From Felis catus (taxonomy: Eukaryota), in the NCBI RefSeq assembly GCF_018350175.1, contig NC_058368.1, forward strand, positions 215,824,001 through 215,888,000: a stretch of DNA of 64,000 bases, written 5' to 3'. The translations under genes and the position numbers were made by a program. Below are positions 14,090 through 28,378 of this stretch, piece by piece. Every line of letters starts with the position of its first letter. The first letter of the stretch is position 1. The notes beneath the pieces are model-generated. The model was not told the origin of the DNA and did not search any database. It worked only from the letters and a program-made list of their open reading frames with translations.

Positions 14090-14437
14090 CTTAGTTTCAT
14101 AGGGCAGAGATAACAAAATGCCATAAACTGGTAACCTAAAATAATAGAAACGTGTTCTCTCACAATTCTGGAGACTCAAAGTCCAATATCAAAGCATTGG
14201 CATGGTTATACTGCCTCTGAAGATTCCATGGAGGGATCTGTCCTACCCTTCTCTCCTGGCTTCTGATGGTGTAGCAATCTCTGGTGTTCTTTGGTTTATA
14301 GTTGTATCACTCCAATCTCTGCCTCCATATTCACCTGGGATTCTCCCTTCTGTGTCTGTGTCCTCAAATAGCCTTCTTACAAGGACATGCGGCATTGGAT
14401 TTAAGGCCACCCTAGACCAGTACGACCTCATTTTAAC
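14090..14437. mobile_element. MaLR LTR (MLT1C/D-like)
   Basis: ATAACAAAATGCCATAAACTGG..TCTCACAATTCTGGAGACT..AAGTCCAA..ATCAA motif; ends GACCTCATTTTAAC. Confidence 0.75.
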
Positions 14438-14576
14438 AGAAAAGTCAAATGAAAAAGGCTAAACACAATCTGTTAATGTTGATTGAATCATGCTGGTTCT
14501 TCATGGTCATCATAATCATAGAATGAACGACTAACAAATACTCATTTTTTTGTACACTCTGGTTTGTTTGACTATC

Positions 14577-14788
14577 TTTTTTAAGTTTTTATTTATTTAT
14601 TTTTGAGAGAGAGAGAGAGAGCACACTTGGGTGAGGGGCAGAGAAAGAGAGGGAGACACAGAATCAAAAGCAGGCTCCAGGCTTTGAGTTGTCAGCACAG
14701 AGCCTGACGTGGGGCTCGAACTCAAAACCACGAGATCATGACCTGAGCCAAGTCAGATGTTTAACTGACAGAGACACCCATAAGCCCC
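14577..14788 (-). mobile_element. Can-SINE
   Basis: Full body; TSD TGTTT(G/A)ACTAT on both sides. Confidence 0.95.
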
Positions 14789-17169
14789 TGTTTAACTATT
14801 TTTAATAGATACAGTTCCATATCAAAGATGATGAAGAAATATATATTACCACATAGTTTTTATACAAATTATTTTCATCTCCTCTGTGAAATCATTCATC
14901 ATTTGAAAGGTAACTAAATTGAGAATATGTGTTAATTGTGAAAAAGATTATGGTGTTTCTCATTACAAATGCCAAAAGGTTTCTTGATAAAAAAAAAAAA
15001 AACCAACTATGATTGTTGTTATAAAAATAACATGTAACAATTAAACATAATATGTCTTGAAAAAACACATTGCTAGATATCATGAAATGTCAGCAAAGTG
15101 ATAAAATTTAATGCAGATTCACATTAACATATTTTCATGTTCAAATTTGTTTAACAAGCAGAATAGTAAATAATAAAAATGGCTCATTAAATCATTGTCA
15201 AGCCTCTAGAAAATGCCTGGAGTCCAGTACTTTTTCACTTATTCTCCCAACACCAGAACCTGACTTTTTTACTAAGAAACCATATCTTACTCTGATCTTA
15301 TCTCTGACTTCTCTTCTTCCTTGTTCCCAGCCAGACAGGCTATCATGCATGTTTACTCTTATACTGCACATCATCAACTTAACCCTGACCTTATATTCTC
15401 TGGAGTACTCAAGACCCCTATATAAGCCACTCGGGCCCCAGAAAGGAGCACAGCTTCCTTTTCTGAGTTGTTTTGCATGCTGCGGTGCCTTGCAAATAGA
15501 CCACAGCCATGTTTTAGTCTCTAAATTGAATACAATTTAATGTCACAGATACACCCATAAATGCCACATAGACCTAAAGCTACGTGACTCATTGGAGTGA
15601 TTGTTAATAAATCAGGGACCCAGACTCCTCCACTCTGTAGAATTGAATACAGTCTTTTGTTTTCGTTTTCTTTTTTGCAATACCAATACCCAATTTGAGA
15701 GCACTGATTTGCAATCCACAATTATCAAATGCAACACACTGACAAAAGGAACTGTTAACATTTAAGAGTAGGAATCAAGTCTCAGTAGTCTCTTAGAGAT
15801 TTAAGAAACTATAAATATAGGTTTCATGTAAAACAGCATATAAGGAGACAGAAAGAGAGATAAAGGCTTATTTTCTTCCATAGTATAGAGGAAATATCTT
15901 AATTTTCAGACAAGAAGAAAACATTTAGAAAATAAGGAAACTCAATTCTTTTATTTGTACTATAAAAAGAAGAAGAAGACAACAATAGCCACAGTAAAAG
16001 CAAGAACTTACTCATGGAGACACATATATCATATAAATTCCAAGCACTAGTTAGGACTGTACATTAGTAAATATTAAGAGATAGACAAACGGTACTGGAG
16101 ATCCATTTAATGGGTCCCAAGAAGGTCAGGGAGAAAACATTGAAAACTAAATTTAGACATTAAGGATAATCTATTATAGCCATAAATGAACTACCACAAG
16201 ACCAGGTGAGCAATTTAAAATTATAAATAAAATTTTATTTATGAGGCACAAAACCATGATGACCCAAAACTAAGAAGACAGTTCATGGTTAAGGGCTTCA
16301 CCAATGGTCTATTAACAAGTATTATAAGCTAAATGCAGAGAATGTTTCTTTTTAGCTCTGTTTTTTAATAACTGAATTTATTTATGTTTAAAATGCCAAT
16401 TACTAAGGAATATATGGCTTATTTCACAGAACTGATTCAATTATTCTCTTCTAATCCATAGTTGTCCATATGAAATTCTTGGTTTGCAGATTTCTTGAAA
16501 TATTGCTTACAGCAGTATATGACCTGAATAATAGAAATTTAGAAAGAAGAATCTATATGTCGGCTGAATGCTGGTTTTGCTAGTTAAAGAAAATGCTTAA
16601 AAAAGGTTCACCATTGTGCAGTTCTCACAATTATACTGTTAATAGCTTCAAATAGTATTTTATCACTCAAAAAGCCAGTATGTCATAAAGGGATTAAGTC
16701 TCACCCATTACATATATGTAATGTTGGTTTTTAGGATACAAAACATTCAGGACTAGATTTTCAGAAGTATAAACATATACCTGTATATGATCATAATTAT
16801 CCTGAAGACTAAATGCAAGTATCGTGCTCTGGGTTCTGTTTTGAGGAGATCTAATAAACTGTAAAAGATTTTTATATATTCGGAGGTACAAAGAAAGAGA
16901 TCTGATATTTTCTTTACTCATGCTCCTGCCTCTCTCATTGTTTCTTTGAAGAAGCCAGTGTTTCTGGGTCTTGACGGGTATCTTATAAGAACAGTTGTAT
17001 TTAAGTGTATACGTATGAAACATGCCATGATTCACCTTGTCTGTAGGTAGGGTGTGGACGGGAAGTTCTATCCCAGGGTTTTCTAGACAACAGAAATGAA
17101 GCAAGAGCTGTAGCTGAAGCAGCTGGGGCTGGGCTGCCATCTCTGATCTTAATGTTATCTTGGATAGAA

Positions 17170-17462
17170 CATGGTTTGTCAAGTTTAAGCCTTGTCTTAG
17201 AAAAATTCTTCCTCCAGTGACTAGCCACTGTGTAGCACAAATTCCCAGCTTTCTTGCCTCAGTGTGGGCAATCTCTGAAAGCCCACCCAGTTTCAGAGCA
17301 TCCTATGGGATCTCCTGCTTCCTAGGCTACATTTTTGCTGCAGAGAGGTTCTATCCCTGCCCAGTCCTACATCTTCGCTCTTTTACAAATATTGCTCCAA
17401 TAAACCTCTCCGTGCAAATCTGGAGCTCAGAGTATGTTTCCAGAGGTCTCAACTTAAAGCAA
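17170..17462 (+). mobile_element. ERVL-class LTR remnant (LTR16/LTR33-like 3' end)
   Basis: AATAAACCTCTCCGTGCAAATCTGGAGCTCAGAGTATGTTTCCAGAGG..AACTTAAAGCA resembles recalled ERVL LTR terminus. Confidence 0.55.
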
Positions 17463-17469
17463 GCTTTAA

Positions 17470-17625
17470 GGGGCATCGGGTGGCTCAGTAAGTTGGGCTT
17501 CCGACTCCGGGTCAGGGCATGATTTTACGGTTGGTGAGTTCGAGTCCTGCATCAGGATCCATGCTGGCAGCTCCGAGCCTGCTTTGGATTCTGTGTCTCC
17601 CTCTCTCTCTGCCCCTCCCCTGCTT

Positions 17626-17670
<45 letters not shown>

Positions 17671-17700
17671 AATAAAATAAAACATTTAAAAAAATTTTTT
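17470..17700 (+). mobile_element. Can-SINE
   Basis: Head GGGGCATCGGGTGGCTCAG; long (CT)n; TSD-like AAG(C/T)AAGCTT. Confidence 0.95.
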
Positions 17701-18299
17701 AAGTAAGCTTAAAATTGAAAGCAACTTGAATGTCCTTTGAGATAACATGGAAGGTCAGATTGTCAGGTTAGATTTTCACAAACTAGAGATATTATCAACT
17801 TTCAGCTTTATAATTATTTCAAGAATACAAAGAATCAAAATGAATAGGCAATGAAAGCAGATGTTCAGGATCTCTTGCAAGATATCTTAGCCGCACCCCC
17901 CCCCTTTTTTTTTCTTCCAGTTTTGGACATACGCAGGCTTCAGAAAACAGATGAAATTTCTAAGCAAGGTGTGGACTAAACTCACACAAACATAGCCATT
18001 TAGGTCATAAAACATTTACAGTTTTTACTCAGTTTCACAGTTATATGACATTGCCAGGGGAGCCATGTCTTATAAATCCATAGACCCCAGGTGTGTTAAC
18101 AGTAAGCAGTCCTAGATAATCTGGCACGATCTGTTAAAAGTATCCATAGATAAGAATTTTTTTTTTTTTTTTTTGCCAGGGAAAAAAGAAGTTTGGGCTT
18201 TTTGCCAAGAGATCTTCATTGTTCCATTTACAAGATTAGACTGGGACACCTGTCTTCTTTCTTTGCAGGGAAAAGGGAGAGAACAGATCACAAACCTGA

Positions 18300-18700
18300 T
18301 GTGTAACTCCTTAATCTACATCTATTAGCAGAGTAGATTAATAAATTGTGATATAGTCATAAAATAGACTATCAAAGAGTGAAGAAAATTAATGAAATAC
18401 AACTACATCAATGACATAGATGAAATTCATTAGGCAAAAGAAACATGACACACATTATATATACCAATTTATTCCATTTATCTATACATTTTAAATACAG
18501 GCAAAACTTAACAATACTTTGGTAGTCACTATGGTACTAACTGTGGAAAGATGAGATGTAATGATTGAGAGGGACTACAAAGAGCTTTCAGGGTGTTGTT
18601 TCATGATGTGGGTGTGTGGCCATTATATGAGTTGTAATTTTGTACAAATTCATTGAGGTGTACATTTATGTTTTGTGTAATTTTCATTTTTTAAAATAGA
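18300..18700 (+). mobile_element. Old mammalian L1M 3'-end fragment
   Basis: ATAAATTGTGATATAGTCATAAAATAGACTAT, ACAGGCAAAACT, AAATTCATTGAGGTGTACATTTATG motifs. Confidence 0.6.
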
Positions 18701-18759
18701 AGTATTTAAAAATATACAAAGAATATTATGAGAATGTTAACCGTTAAGGAAACTATTTT

Positions 18760-18983
18760 TTTTCTTTAATTTTTTTTTTAACATTTTATTTATTTTTGAG
18801 ACAGAGAGAGACAGAGCATGAACGGGGCAGGGGCAGAGAGAGAGGGAGACACAGAATCAGAAACAGGCTCCAGGCTCTGAGCCATCAGCCCAGAGCCCGA
18901 CGCGGGGCTCAAACTCACCTATGCGAGATCGTGACCTGAGCTGAAGTTGGACGCTTTAACCGACTGAGCCACCCAGGTGCCCC
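18760..18983 (-). mobile_element. Feline Can-SINE
   Basis: Full body; TSD GGAAACTATTTT at 18748-18759 and 18986-18997. Confidence 0.97.
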
Positions 18984-19254
18984 GCGGAAACTATTTTAAT
19001 AAACATTTAACCATAAAGATAACTTCAAGCTTAGAGAATTTTACAAGGGAGTTTTTACATAACATTCAAGAAATAGCTCATCCCTATATCAAAAATCTCT
19101 TCCAGAAAATTGAAAAAAACGATGTGCACAAGAATATATTATAAATACAATTAAACTTATAAATCAACAGTAGATGTAAATAAGAAAAAATAATTTCATG
19201 TGAACATTACTTTTAAACACTGATATCAAAATATATCTTAAAAATTAAAATAAG

Positions 19255-19497
19255 ATAAAAACAGAGAAGGAGGAAAACCATAAGAGACTCTTAACTACAG
19301 AGAATAAGCAGGCCTGCTGGAGGGGAGGTGGGTGGGAAATGGGCTAAACGGGTACTGGGCATTATGGAGGGCACTTGTTGGGATGAGCACTGGGTTTTAT
19401 ATTAAGCAATGAATCACTAAATTATACTCCTGAAGCAAATACTATGCTATATGTTAATTAGCTTAAATTTAAATAAAATAAATTAAAAAAATAAAAA
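19255..19497 (+). mobile_element. Carnivore L1 3'UTR fragment
   Basis: AACCATAAGAGACTCTTAACTACAGAGAA..GGATGAGCACTGGG..TACTCCTGAA followed by A tail. Confidence 0.9.
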
Positions 19498-20120
19498 AGT
19501 AGCAAATTGAAATGAAAATTCAAAATAATCTTTCTGTATACACACACACATATATACCTGTATATGTAGATATCCATGTGACTAACGATATGTGCACGTC
19601 ATATATTTACATTCATATGATTGATGTTTAGGCTAATATATATATATGTTTATATATGATTAAATATAAACATATCAATAAAGACAAATTCGGGAGAGTA
19701 GAAACAGACTTGATTATGTATAAAACTTGGTATGTAAGAGTAAAAAATGTTGCTGAAAGTGTTTCTGAAATGTTTATGTGTACTGTAAGAATATCACACG
19801 TTAATTTCTGGAAAAAATGGATGATCAATCTTAGGAAATGCCATGTTTCTAATTGTGAAGTGAGCAGATGTTTTCTGACAAAGGACCAGATAGTAGATAT
19901 TTTAGGGTTTAAGGATGAAGAAAGAAAACAAGACCTTGTGAACTATTGAATATTTTTTGTAATAAGCCTTTGCTATTGAGAATAATGGGATTTCTTTTAT
20001 CTTTCTTTCATTATGTGTGTGTGTTTCATTGAGATTCAAAGTTTGTGTTCTGAAGCATCAAAATCTTTTTGTAAATATTTACTAGTTAATGTTAATCTGT
20101 GATAAGATTTCATGTATTTC

Positions 20121-20312
20121 AGGGTGCCTGGGTGACTCAGTTGGTTAAGTGTCCAACTCTTGATTGTGACTCAGGCCATGATCTAATGGTTCATGAATTC
20201 CAGCCCCCCCCCCCCCGCCCCCAGCCTCTGTGCAGAGCCTTCTTGAGATTCTCTTTCTCTCACTTTCACTGCCCCTTCCCCCTCTCAACATAAATAAATA
20301 CACTTTGAAAAA
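20121..20312 (+). mobile_element. Can-SINE
   Basis: TSD AAGA(T/C)TTCATGTATTTC at 20104-20120 and 20313-20329. Confidence 0.94.
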
Positions 20313-20386
20313 AAGACTTCATGTATTTCCTCTGTGAAAAACTTTTCTTATGGAGATAGTATCAATCCATAAGTATATGCCTTAAA

Positions 20387-20613
20387 TTTTTTTTTAATGT
20401 TTATTTATTTTTGAGAGAGAGTGACACAGAACACGAGCGGGGTAGGGGGAAAAGAGAGAAGGAGACACAGGATCCCAAGTAGGCTCCAGGCTCTGAGCTA
20501 TCAGCCCAGAGCCCGAAGGGGGGGCCTCCAACTCAGGAACTGTGATCATGAACTGCAAGATCTTGACCTTAGCCAAAGTTGGCCACCCAACTGACTGAGC
20601 CACCCAGGTGCCC
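20387..20613 (-). mobile_element. Can-SINE
   Basis: T tail, GA body, ends CTGAGCCACCCAGGTGCCC. Confidence 0.95.
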
Positions 20614-20967
20614 TGTAAATGTATGCTTTTAATTGAGCATATCTATAGAGCGGTATTAGATTATTTTCTTGATATTTGTGTTTTATAACATCATGACATT
20701 GCAGATAATCCCTTCCAATCAAAGGTTATATGGAAGTTTCTCCATTTTGCAACTAAATGTATCTTGAAATAAGGAAATATCCTCTGAACTTTCATTGAAG
20801 TCTGAAAACACTGCTGAAATGGTAGTTGGAGCTCAGAAAACATGTACCCTGAAATGGGTGCCCATGCAGATTTTGCTTCCTCTTTAGCTAATGACAGCAC
20901 AATGTGTAAAGCGGCTTGACATTACTCATGATTCAAAGAATGTTAATAGTCATCAAAAGTTACTTCA

Positions 20968-21092
20968 GGGACGCCTAGATGGCTCAATCAGTTAAGCATC
21001 TGACTCTTGGTTTTGGCTTATGTCATGATCTCAGGTTCCTGGGTTTGAGCCCCACCTCAGGCTCAGCGCTGCTGTTGCAAAGCCTGCTTGGG

Positions 21093-21137
<45 letters not shown>

Positions 21138-21171
21138 CTCAAAATAAAAAATAAAACTATAAAAAAATTTT
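20968..21171 (+). mobile_element. Can-SINE
   Basis: Head, (CT)n and tail; TSD AAAAGTTA(C/T)TTCA. Confidence 0.94.
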
Positions 21172-23267
21172 AAAAAGTTATTTCAATATATTTATGTTTT
21201 CTATACAAATACCGGTTTGCCTTTGGATTAATGAAGAAACGTGACCAAGCCTCCAGCAGAAGCTGATTTTTAAAGTCATTCAGTGTTTTGTTATATAGGC
21301 TCAGGGAAGTTTTTCTTAGGAAAAAGAATTCATTTTTCACCCTTGGTAAGAAGCAAATTTGAAGTGATTATGTTACCATTAGAAATATGTTCTGGCCGGC
21401 ATTCAAATACTAGATTATTTCAGAATTTTCATTGGAACAAAGAAAGCCTGTATTACTCTCAACAGCTAAAATTTCCATTTACTGAATGATTTTACTGTTT
21501 ATGCAAATTACATGAAATTCAAGAATAAGAAATTGATTATCTTTTTACAATAGTGAGAATGACCTCAAGTGGCACAACTTATTATCTACTACATATAAGT
21601 AGTTTTATTTTGGCAATAGTATCAACAGAAGAAAAGAAAGCTGTGTTCTGAATGGACTCTTGTTTATTTGGCCCTACTTAGGAATAAAATGTCAAATCTA
21701 AAGACAGTGTTGAAAGAGGACAGGAAAACAATATCAGCAAACGAGCTGAAAAAGTTTCTCGGTTATACAAAAAATAGGATTATCTCAGATAATATAGTTA
21801 AAAAATAATAATAATAGGATGATTATGCCACTTCTTTAGCTAACCAATGGAGCTTTACTGGTCTTTGAATTAACTTAGTAGATTTAAGTGAAATACCAGT
21901 ATAACATTTGAGGATAAATATTTGATATTATCATAGGTAAATATATAATATTTTCCCAGACTTTTGTTTTTACCTAAATCTTTGTGTTTTCTCTCCTGTC
22001 CTCTCAATCCAAAACTAATCACAAATCTCTAACTTAACGTTAATACTAACTATATTATGACTTCATTATTCATTGTAAGTATTTGAATTGTTTTTTCTAG
22101 TCATTTGCAATATCTAACATTGGAAAATGATTGCTACTGAGTATATCCTAAGAACTTGAAATCAATAAAAAATAGAAGTAAATCCGATCAAAGTTGAGTA
22201 GAGGCTGTTGATGGAAAGTGAAATCTGAATAGCTAAATAACATACAAGCAGGTGTTCCCCTCACTAGTAGAAAATACAAGGTACAATAAAAAATAAAACT
22301 CAATTTGTGTTGTGGAAAGAGATGAATAATTGTCATTCCATTAAATTAATAACAGTTAAGGATATCAATAAATTATAACAATGTTATTATGCTCTTAGAT
22401 TTTTTTTTCAAAATCATCTAAATCTGGGAATAATTGCTTGCAAAAGTTCTATTTTTGGTATGATAATATAAAATAAGTGTTTAAATTGATTATTATTACC
22501 TAATTAAAAAGTGATACCAAGGTCTTTGCTTTTTTTTTCTACTATGCATAAGATTTATCATATGCCTACTTTCTAATATACTAAAGATATCCGAGTATAT
22601 AGGTGCACTGATCAGCACACAGAGAGACTCTTGGACACACTTTATTTGGAGGGTGTGTATAAAATCATCGATATGCATTTATTTACATTCCTTCTGCACA
22701 TAGTTTTCTCCTCATTGTCCTCAAATTACTCTATAACAATTTATGTCATATCAGCTACTTTCTTAGTTGCTGTTATTATCTACAAGCTGCAATCATGGTA
22801 ATCGGATTAAGGATTTATAAAATGTGACAGCACAACAGTGTTGCAGTATGCTTCTAGGACAATATTGTGTTTACTTTAGTCTTAATGATAAATGTTTGCA
22901 TTTTTGGTTTGTTTTTATTTAAAAACTAACACTTATTACAGAAAAAGAATCAGACATTATAGGAAACCCATTAGCAATGAATTTTGTATTATCCAAGTAA
23001 TGTTTTCTTACATATTGAGGCAGGCACTATAGTGTGTTACCAAACGTAGGTGACAACTCTCCAATTATTGCCACATAGGTGGAAAAGGGAAGTTAGACTA
23101 ATGAGAATAGGTCTACCTTCAACTTGAACCACCAGGGCATGCTTAACAACTCTGAGTCATGTCTAAAACTCCAAGCCCCCAGTCACCCATCCTGACTCTC
23201 ATCCTATTCTCTTCATTCCCCTTACTTGAAAATTCACCACCGCCTTCACCTTTATATACAAATTATT

Positions 23268-23474
23268 ATTATTAAAAAATATTTATTTATGTTAAGAGAG
23301 AGACAGAGCCTGAGTGAAGGGAGATCAGAGAGGCAGCAAAGAGAGAATCTCATGCAGGCTCCACACTGTCAGCACAGAACCCCACGCCAGACTCAATTTC
23401 AGGAACCATGAGATCATGACCTGAGCTGAAACTAAGAGTTGGACACTCAACCAACGGAGCCACCCAGGTGCCCC
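23268..23474 (-). mobile_element. Can-SINE
   Basis: Body motifs; TSD TATACAAATTATT on both sides. Confidence 0.94.
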
Positions 23475-25803
23475 TTTTTTATACAAATTATTTTACAAAC
23501 TCTTCTTGATTACCCAAAACCACATTCAACTTCAACTCAGAATATGTCTTTAACCTGCTTGTTTTTATTCAAAGCTTGCTGCTCCCTTAAGGAATTTACT
23601 CTCCATAAAGGACACCTGAGTGACTTTTTTTTAACCAAATATAGCAAACTATTATAGAAAGACCAGGATCTTTCAGAAATATCTATTATCACAATTATTC
23701 AATCCGTAACTCATTAACATAAATGTGTGGTTAATTTTACAGTTTAAATAATGTATGCACCCTTATAGCAAGTGGATATTTTTATAACTTTTCATCTATA
23801 CAGTTATGTGTGACCTTTATTGAGAATATTGCTCTTGCTGATATTATTGATTTCCATTTTAAAATATGCTTTAAACTTAGCTCACCAGAGAAGAAAATCA
23901 AGATGAGTTTTAAATACTCATAAATGTTGAAATTTATGATGAAGGTATCCAGTACAATTAAGCAGGAGAATCACTTTTGGTTATAATCACATTCGTGTGG
24001 CCCACAGAACGGTCTTGAAAAGGCTGGTGGATTGTGTGGGGTGTTCTTGGGTTTTGTTTCTTGTTTTGTTTTGTTCGGTACTGACTGCCTTGTTTTGTTT
24101 TGTTTTTTAGAGAGAGATTTTGTTTTGATATATTGTTCTTGTTTCGCAATATCTGAGAAGAAATTTATAGCTCAGAGAAAACAAATTTGTAGCTCTGAGA
24201 GGAATATCAAAGCTTAAAAGGTTACAGACAATATTTGCTATCAGAGGGCAATGGGAATGCTGCAACTGTGGCGTCTAATTATAAAGCACAGACAGGGAAT
24301 CAGCTCTCAGCCAGATCCTTCAGTGATGGAGGAGGAGATGCCCTGAGCTAAGATGAGCTGTGGCTCCAGGCTTTGTTGTGGGCAGAGGGGCCCCATGAAG
24401 GCAGCACGACTTAGGCTTACCTGACAGCATCTGTTTCCTGGATATAACACTGTTTCCTCTCAATTTTTGGATTTAAAACTGGAAGGCCCTGCAGGAGGGA
24501 TGACTTCACCTTTTTTCTGTTCCAGTTGAATCTAGCCACTTTCTCCATTTCTTTATCCTAACTTCCCATGAAAAACACCCGCTCGCCCCTTTGCAACACG
24601 ATCAAAGATTTCTGGCTTTGATTAAGGCCACAAAAATGCTCTACTATTTTCAAAAATCAAGATTAGGAAATTAGAAGAGGAAAAACAAAATATATTTTCT
24701 TGTTATCTTACTCCCTTATTTTGTAAACAGCATTAGTGTTCTTTGAGAAGGAGAAAAATGCCACAGTAAGACAGTGATAGAAAGTTGGCTAAATTCATTG
24801 CTAAATCCCACCTGTCCTTCACTGTTTATGGAAAGGCCACAATGAGGGCAAAGGACTTTGTCCTATAAAAGGTAACATTGGGGCCATCGAAGAATCAGGC
24901 AGCCTGGCTTCATTCACTGATATTTATGTTCTCCAGTGCTGCTTTTTTTTTTCTTTGCCAATAGTATGAGATACCCTCAGATGCTAAAGATATTCACTAG
25001 TTGCTCAGCATTACACTGAGTCCTCACATTGTCCGATTCTGCAGATAGCAGCCTCCTTTAGTCTTAAAGTGTGAGTCCAGCAACTTTTTCTTCCAGTCTC
25101 TCTTGAGAATGACCTAGCTTCCTATATTGCAGCTACACTGGAAATCTTTTGAGTAGCCAGTTTTGCATCAAAAGCATCTCCAGGCTTCCACTGTTCTTTC
25201 AAAGTGGGTCACTATCAATCATTTTGAAGGTTACCATCTTCTGAATCAGGTAGATGTGGTGAAACAAATTCAGTTATTTTTTTTTCTTTTTCTACATTGA
25301 ATTGAATTGAAACTGAGGCCTAACTATATAAGCTATGGTAAAATAACTTTTATGTCTTGAGCTAACATAATATTTCAAGAATTCTTATGTTGGTATTTCA
25401 CAGACTAAGCCAGAATGGAAACCTACGGTTATCAGATACAATTAACATCTACAGTCCTTGTTTAGGATTCTGGCCATTAGATATATCTTTCTTCCACTGC
25501 CTTACTCTCCTCAACGTAAAAAGACTCCAAGATGAGTGTGATCTTCAGTCCACATCTTTCTCCTTGTAGTTTGCATCTGTTGAATGGTAACTAAGCTGAG
25601 TGAAAAGCATGGTGAGCAAAAGAAAGTCTTAAAAGTGACTTTCAAGAAGAACCTGGTAAATATGCATACTGTTATGCACTCTTTCTCTCTGCTGGAGTGT
25701 TTGTTAGAAGCAATGCAAAGCAAAGAAATGGGCTTAGCATTTTATACCAGATGTAGCAGATTCAAAAAATATAAATGTAGGACATTTTACTCTAAAAAAT
25801 ATT

Positions 25804-26005
25804 GGGCACCTAGGTGGCTCAGTCAGTTAAGCGTCCAACTTTGGCTCAGGTCATAATCTCGCAGGTTCTGGAGTTTGAGCCCTGCACTGGGCTCTTTCTT
25901 TGCTGTTAGTGAGGAGCTGGCTTCGGATCCCCTGGCCCCCTCTCTCTCTGCCCCTGCCATGTGTTCTCTCTCTCTCTCTCAAAAATAAATAAACATTAAA
26001 AAATA
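25804..26005 (+). mobile_element. Can-SINE
   Basis: GGGCACCTAGGTGGCTCAGTCAGTTAAG head; AAAAATAAATAAACATT tail. Confidence 0.95.
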
Positions 26006-27115
26006 ATTATCTTTATTGTTATTATTACACAGATCTCTTGTCTGTAACCAGTTAATGCAAATTCACTGATACATTTTTGTACAGCACCATGGAAATGATG
26101 AAAATATCAAATACGCTAATAAAGTAGTCCAAAGTGAGAAGGGATAAAAGATGGCAAGTTTCCCTATTATTTACCATTAATTGTAAGGCATAAAAGCAAA
26201 ATTGCCATCTGTGAATGTTCCTAATATTATGCTAATAAAACAATTAAAATATTAATAGGAACAAAATTCTAAATGGAGCTATGGTTTATTTGAATTATCG
26301 CCATGGTATAATATTTGGTTTCTTTATTTAGTGCTTATCAGCCTTATAAAACTCCACAAATTGGAACTTTCAATCACCATAACTGGAAGAGTTAGATAAT
26401 AATGCCCAAGCACATTTCTATAAAATCATCCAATAAAGAATTTAAAATAGGTTAATGCATAAAATTTTATAGTAATAATTTCCTCTCCACATACTTTTCT
26501 CATGTTCCTAGCACTAGATGAAAATATACTTAATATAATTCTAAAAAACCCTTTGCTAAAAATGGTGGTGTCAATGCTTGCCATTTATTTGTAACGGAAC
26601 ATAGTTTTTTTTATTTATGTCTATGTTTTATATAAACATTAAAACTGTAACTCACAAGGTAGTCCTGAAAACACCTCTATTGCAATTTAAGATCTAGACT
26701 AACTAAAGTAAGTGTCCATTTCTTTGCTTAAAACATTTTAAGCTATGAAACATTTCCCGGTGAAACAACTTTGAATTATTTTTGTAATATTTAAGCCTTA
26801 TAGAAGGAGATATAATTTCTTCCCATCCTCTATCTCCATACTCCAGCCTAAGAAAAAATAATAAATTACACTTGCCAAATTTTGTTACATTACACTTTTT
26901 CCAATTTCTCCTTACCTTTCTATTTTACAAATGTTTCCCCACATTTCAATGTTTTAGATGAGGAGTTCTTAATCTAAGTATTATATTTAAAAATAAACAG
27001 CCATAATAACTAAGGAAATTAATCTGATATAATTCAGTTTCAATAAACTTGACAGACACCAAAGAAAATAGACAAGGAAAAGGGAAGTTGTATGTACATG
27101 TTTATGCATATGTTT

Positions 27116-27117
27116 GT

Positions 27118-27162
<45 letters not shown>

Positions 27163-27164
27163 TG
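27116..27164. repeat. (TG)n microsatellite
   Basis: Directly visible. Confidence 0.95.
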
Positions 27165-27258
27165 TTTGATTTTGAGGCAGAAGGCTATTCCATTGTCGTT
27201 TTATGACAGTACTCCACATTTCATCCTATTTGTTTTACATGTTTACAATGGCAGTCTT

Positions 27259-27474
27259 CTTTCTTTCTTTTTCTTAATGTTTATTTATTTTTGAGAGAGA
27301 GACAAATTGCAAGCAGAGGAGGGGCAGAAAGAGAGGGAGACACAGAATCCAAAGCAGGCTCCAGGCTCTGAGCTGTCAGCACAGAGCCCGATACAGGGTT
27401 CGAACTCACAGACCGCGAGATCATGACCTGAGTAGAAGTAGGACGCTTAACTAACTGAGCCACCCAGGTGCCCC
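27259..27474 (-). mobile_element. Can-SINE
   Basis: TSD ACAATGGCAG(T/C)CTT on both sides. Confidence 0.96.
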
Positions 27475-28120
27475 AACAATGGCAGCCTTATTTCATGTAT
27501 GTAGCTCCATAATATTATTTTTTTGCTGTTGACTTCATTCAGGATAAAGAAAAAAGCAGGGAAAAATATACCTAACATTTTGGCTTAAATAAGTCAGGCA
27601 TTTCCACCCTAGCAGAAGATTCAAAAGAAAGCACTAGGGTGCCTAGAACTCTGCGAAATGATGAAATAAGTCATAACAGTGTTTACTTGTGATTTTTCCA
27701 AGATGAGAAATTATAAATATATGGCCGTTGTGTGACCAAGATATTTTTGGTTTCTGTAACCAAAATGGAAGTTAAGTTTCATTTGTATATCTAAAACTGT
27801 GACACCAGTCTTATAAACATATTGAAAGAAAAGATGTGGATAGAGAAAGTCATGACTGTAGTTCTTAATGAAAAAGGAAACAGATAAAAATGTAATCAGC
27901 ATATCTCTTGACTGTTTTTCATAATGTACACTTACATATATATCCCTATAATATAGTCACTTTCTAAAATTGAAGTATAATTGAGACACAACATTATATT
28001 AGTTTCAGGTGTACAGCATAATAATTTGACATTCTTATACATTGTGAAATACTTCACCACATTAAGTCCATTTACCATCTGTCACCAAATTTATAATACT
28101 TGTTTTCTTGTGATGAGAAC

Positions 28121-28330
28121 TTTTTTTTAATAATTATTTTTTTTTAGAAGAGAGAGAGACAGAGCGTGAGCAGGGCAGGGGCAGAGAGAGAGGGAGACAC
28201 AGAATCTGAAGCAGGCTCCAGGCTCTGAGCTGTCAGCACAGAACCTGACACAGGTCTGGAACTCACAAACTATGAGATCATGACCTGAGCCAAAGTAGGA
28301 TGTTCAATTGACTGAGCCACCCAGGAGCCC
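28121..28330 (-). mobile_element. Can-SINE inserted in L1
   Basis: Full body motifs. Confidence 0.95.
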
Positions 28331-28378
28331 TATTAAGACCTACATTTTTTAGCATTTTCAAAGTTGTGATAAATACTA

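Noticed and set aside
16694..17522. 162-aa and 120-aa ORFs
   Set aside because: Non-ATG starts, overlap LTR and SINE sequence, no recognisable domain.
24215..24500. GC-richer non-repeat patch that might be an enhancer or exon
   Set aside because: No ORF or motif evidence; conservation cannot be assessed from this sequence alone.
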